NCBI GenBank assembly: GCA_965287045.1
Contig: OZ336875.1
Location: 51,956,001-52,020,000 of the forward strand
DNA length: 64,000 nt
Direction of reading: 5' to 3'
From: Carcharhinus amblyrhynchos
Taxonomy: Eukaryota
This document shows positions 62,575 through 64,000 of this stretch, one piece after another; the first letter of the stretch is position 1; each line of letters begins with the position of its first letter. Under the pieces are notes generated by a model, which ran no database searches, was not told where the DNA came from, and was given only the letters and a program-made list of their open reading frames with translations. A program made the translations under genes and the position numbers.

Positions 62575-64000
62575 TTTCATCTCCTGAAGAGATCCTTGGT
62601 AATTGGGTTATAATGTTAAATTGATACCTGTCTCATTGTATATAAGAGGTTATGTTTTATTATCTCATTAGCTTGGTTTAATAATTAATACCAAATTTTC
62701 AGTGTTTCACCTTCCTTGAACTTATATTGCAGAAACTGAGCTATATGACAATGCCCTGTATAAACACAAAACAAAGCACACCGTTTCTTGTCCAGAATGG
62801 CTCTTTGTACCTTCCCTAACAGCTCCTTCTTGCTTTCTTGTAGCCTGCTTCACAGTCTGTCTGACTTTCTGCACTTTAATCCCCACACACTACATTGCTG
62901 GTGTTCTTCTGCATCAACATTTCCTTGTCTATTTCTCTTCAGATAGGTTTTTGACTTGTTCTATAGGGTTAGTGAGAAGCAGATTGTCCCTATTTGTAAA
63001 GCACATAGAGAGGGTAATTCTTGGGTTTGGCCAGCTTTATCCACGAAATAGTAACATCATCTCATTTTGGTCAGAGTTCTTAGGATGCGGTTGTCGCTGG
63101 CAAACTGACACCTGTTGCCTATACTTAGAAAAGAGGAATTACAGTTGTTTGTAATGAATTTAATACAACTGAATGGTTCACTTGGCTACTTCAGAGGGCA
63201 TTTGCAGATCAGGTACATTGACTTGGGATTCGCATCACACAAAACAAAAAATTAGGTAAAAATGGCCAGCTCCCTTGTTTGGAGGATACTAGTGAGCAAT
63301 CGAGTTATTACAACAATCCAACAGCTTTGTAGTCCAGAACAAATTCTGAAATCAAATTCTACTATGCTGGGATATGAACACTCAGCATTATTAGTCCAGG
63401 TCTTGTGATTACCAGTCCAGTAACATGGCTATTACCAAAGTTCCTTCTCCACAACCAATCATGCTTCCATAGTGTGCTTTGTTTTTCTGTTCACCTGAGG
63501 CTTAGGAAGTCCTTTGCTATGTGGAAAAAGGATTGTGATGTACTGTTAGTAAATGCCTTTTAGACAGCATAGCAGTTATGGCAATTTTATTTTGATTTAT
63601 GCTTCTGCATCGTCCATAAATCAGCCATACAGACTGTTTATTATGTACTACTGATCAGAGTTTGACAATCCTAAGACAGTGTTTTCAACAGTTCTCTTGA
63701 ATGCTTGGGTTGGAGCACCCCCAATTTGGGCCTTCCTCTCTGCAATTTATTTTTTTGTTGCCTCACCAATTGTGAGGAATTCCTGAATATTGAAATAAGG
63801 CTACCCATGCTGCAGTATGTGTATATGTGCTTACGTTCAATTTAACATTCATTGAGCCTGATTTGTTGCTGCTTGATTCAGTTCAGATAGCTAAAGTATA
63901 TCATACAAAAAAACCCTTGCAATAATCTGATCTTCCACCATCCTGGCAGTCATATGATACAGTGATGGAGTTTTACTGGAAATTTGAGTCCTCAGTAGAC

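Overview
Vertebrate genomic DNA, most likely a shark or other elasmobranch (inferred from HE1/V-SINE-like and CR1/HER1-like repeats). It contains a complete RPLP2 gene on + (5'TOP non-coding exon 5045-5101, four coding exons, 111 aa, polyA signal 14463) and the first three coding exons of PNPLA2/ATGL on + (24476-55964, with a 30.7 kb first coding intron; the gene continues past the window). A CpG-rich, cell-cycle-type promoter on the minus strand at about 1230-1760 may be the 5' end of PIDD1, by mammalian synteny. The rest is dominated by retroelements (CR1, L2, Rex1, RTE, Tx1, Penelope-like, three SINE families) and small MITEs. Most ORF-track entries are spurious or LINE fragments. The most unusual signals are a perfect 128-bp-arm palindrome centred on a LINE 3' tail inside RPLP2 intron 3, a 185-bp templated inverted copy inserted into a SINE at 62.1 kb, further fold-back junctions at retroelement 5' ends, and minimal hammerhead ribozyme motifs in Penelope-like elements. 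Repeat family names come from recalled motifs, not database searches, and repeat boundaries are approximate unless a TSD is given.
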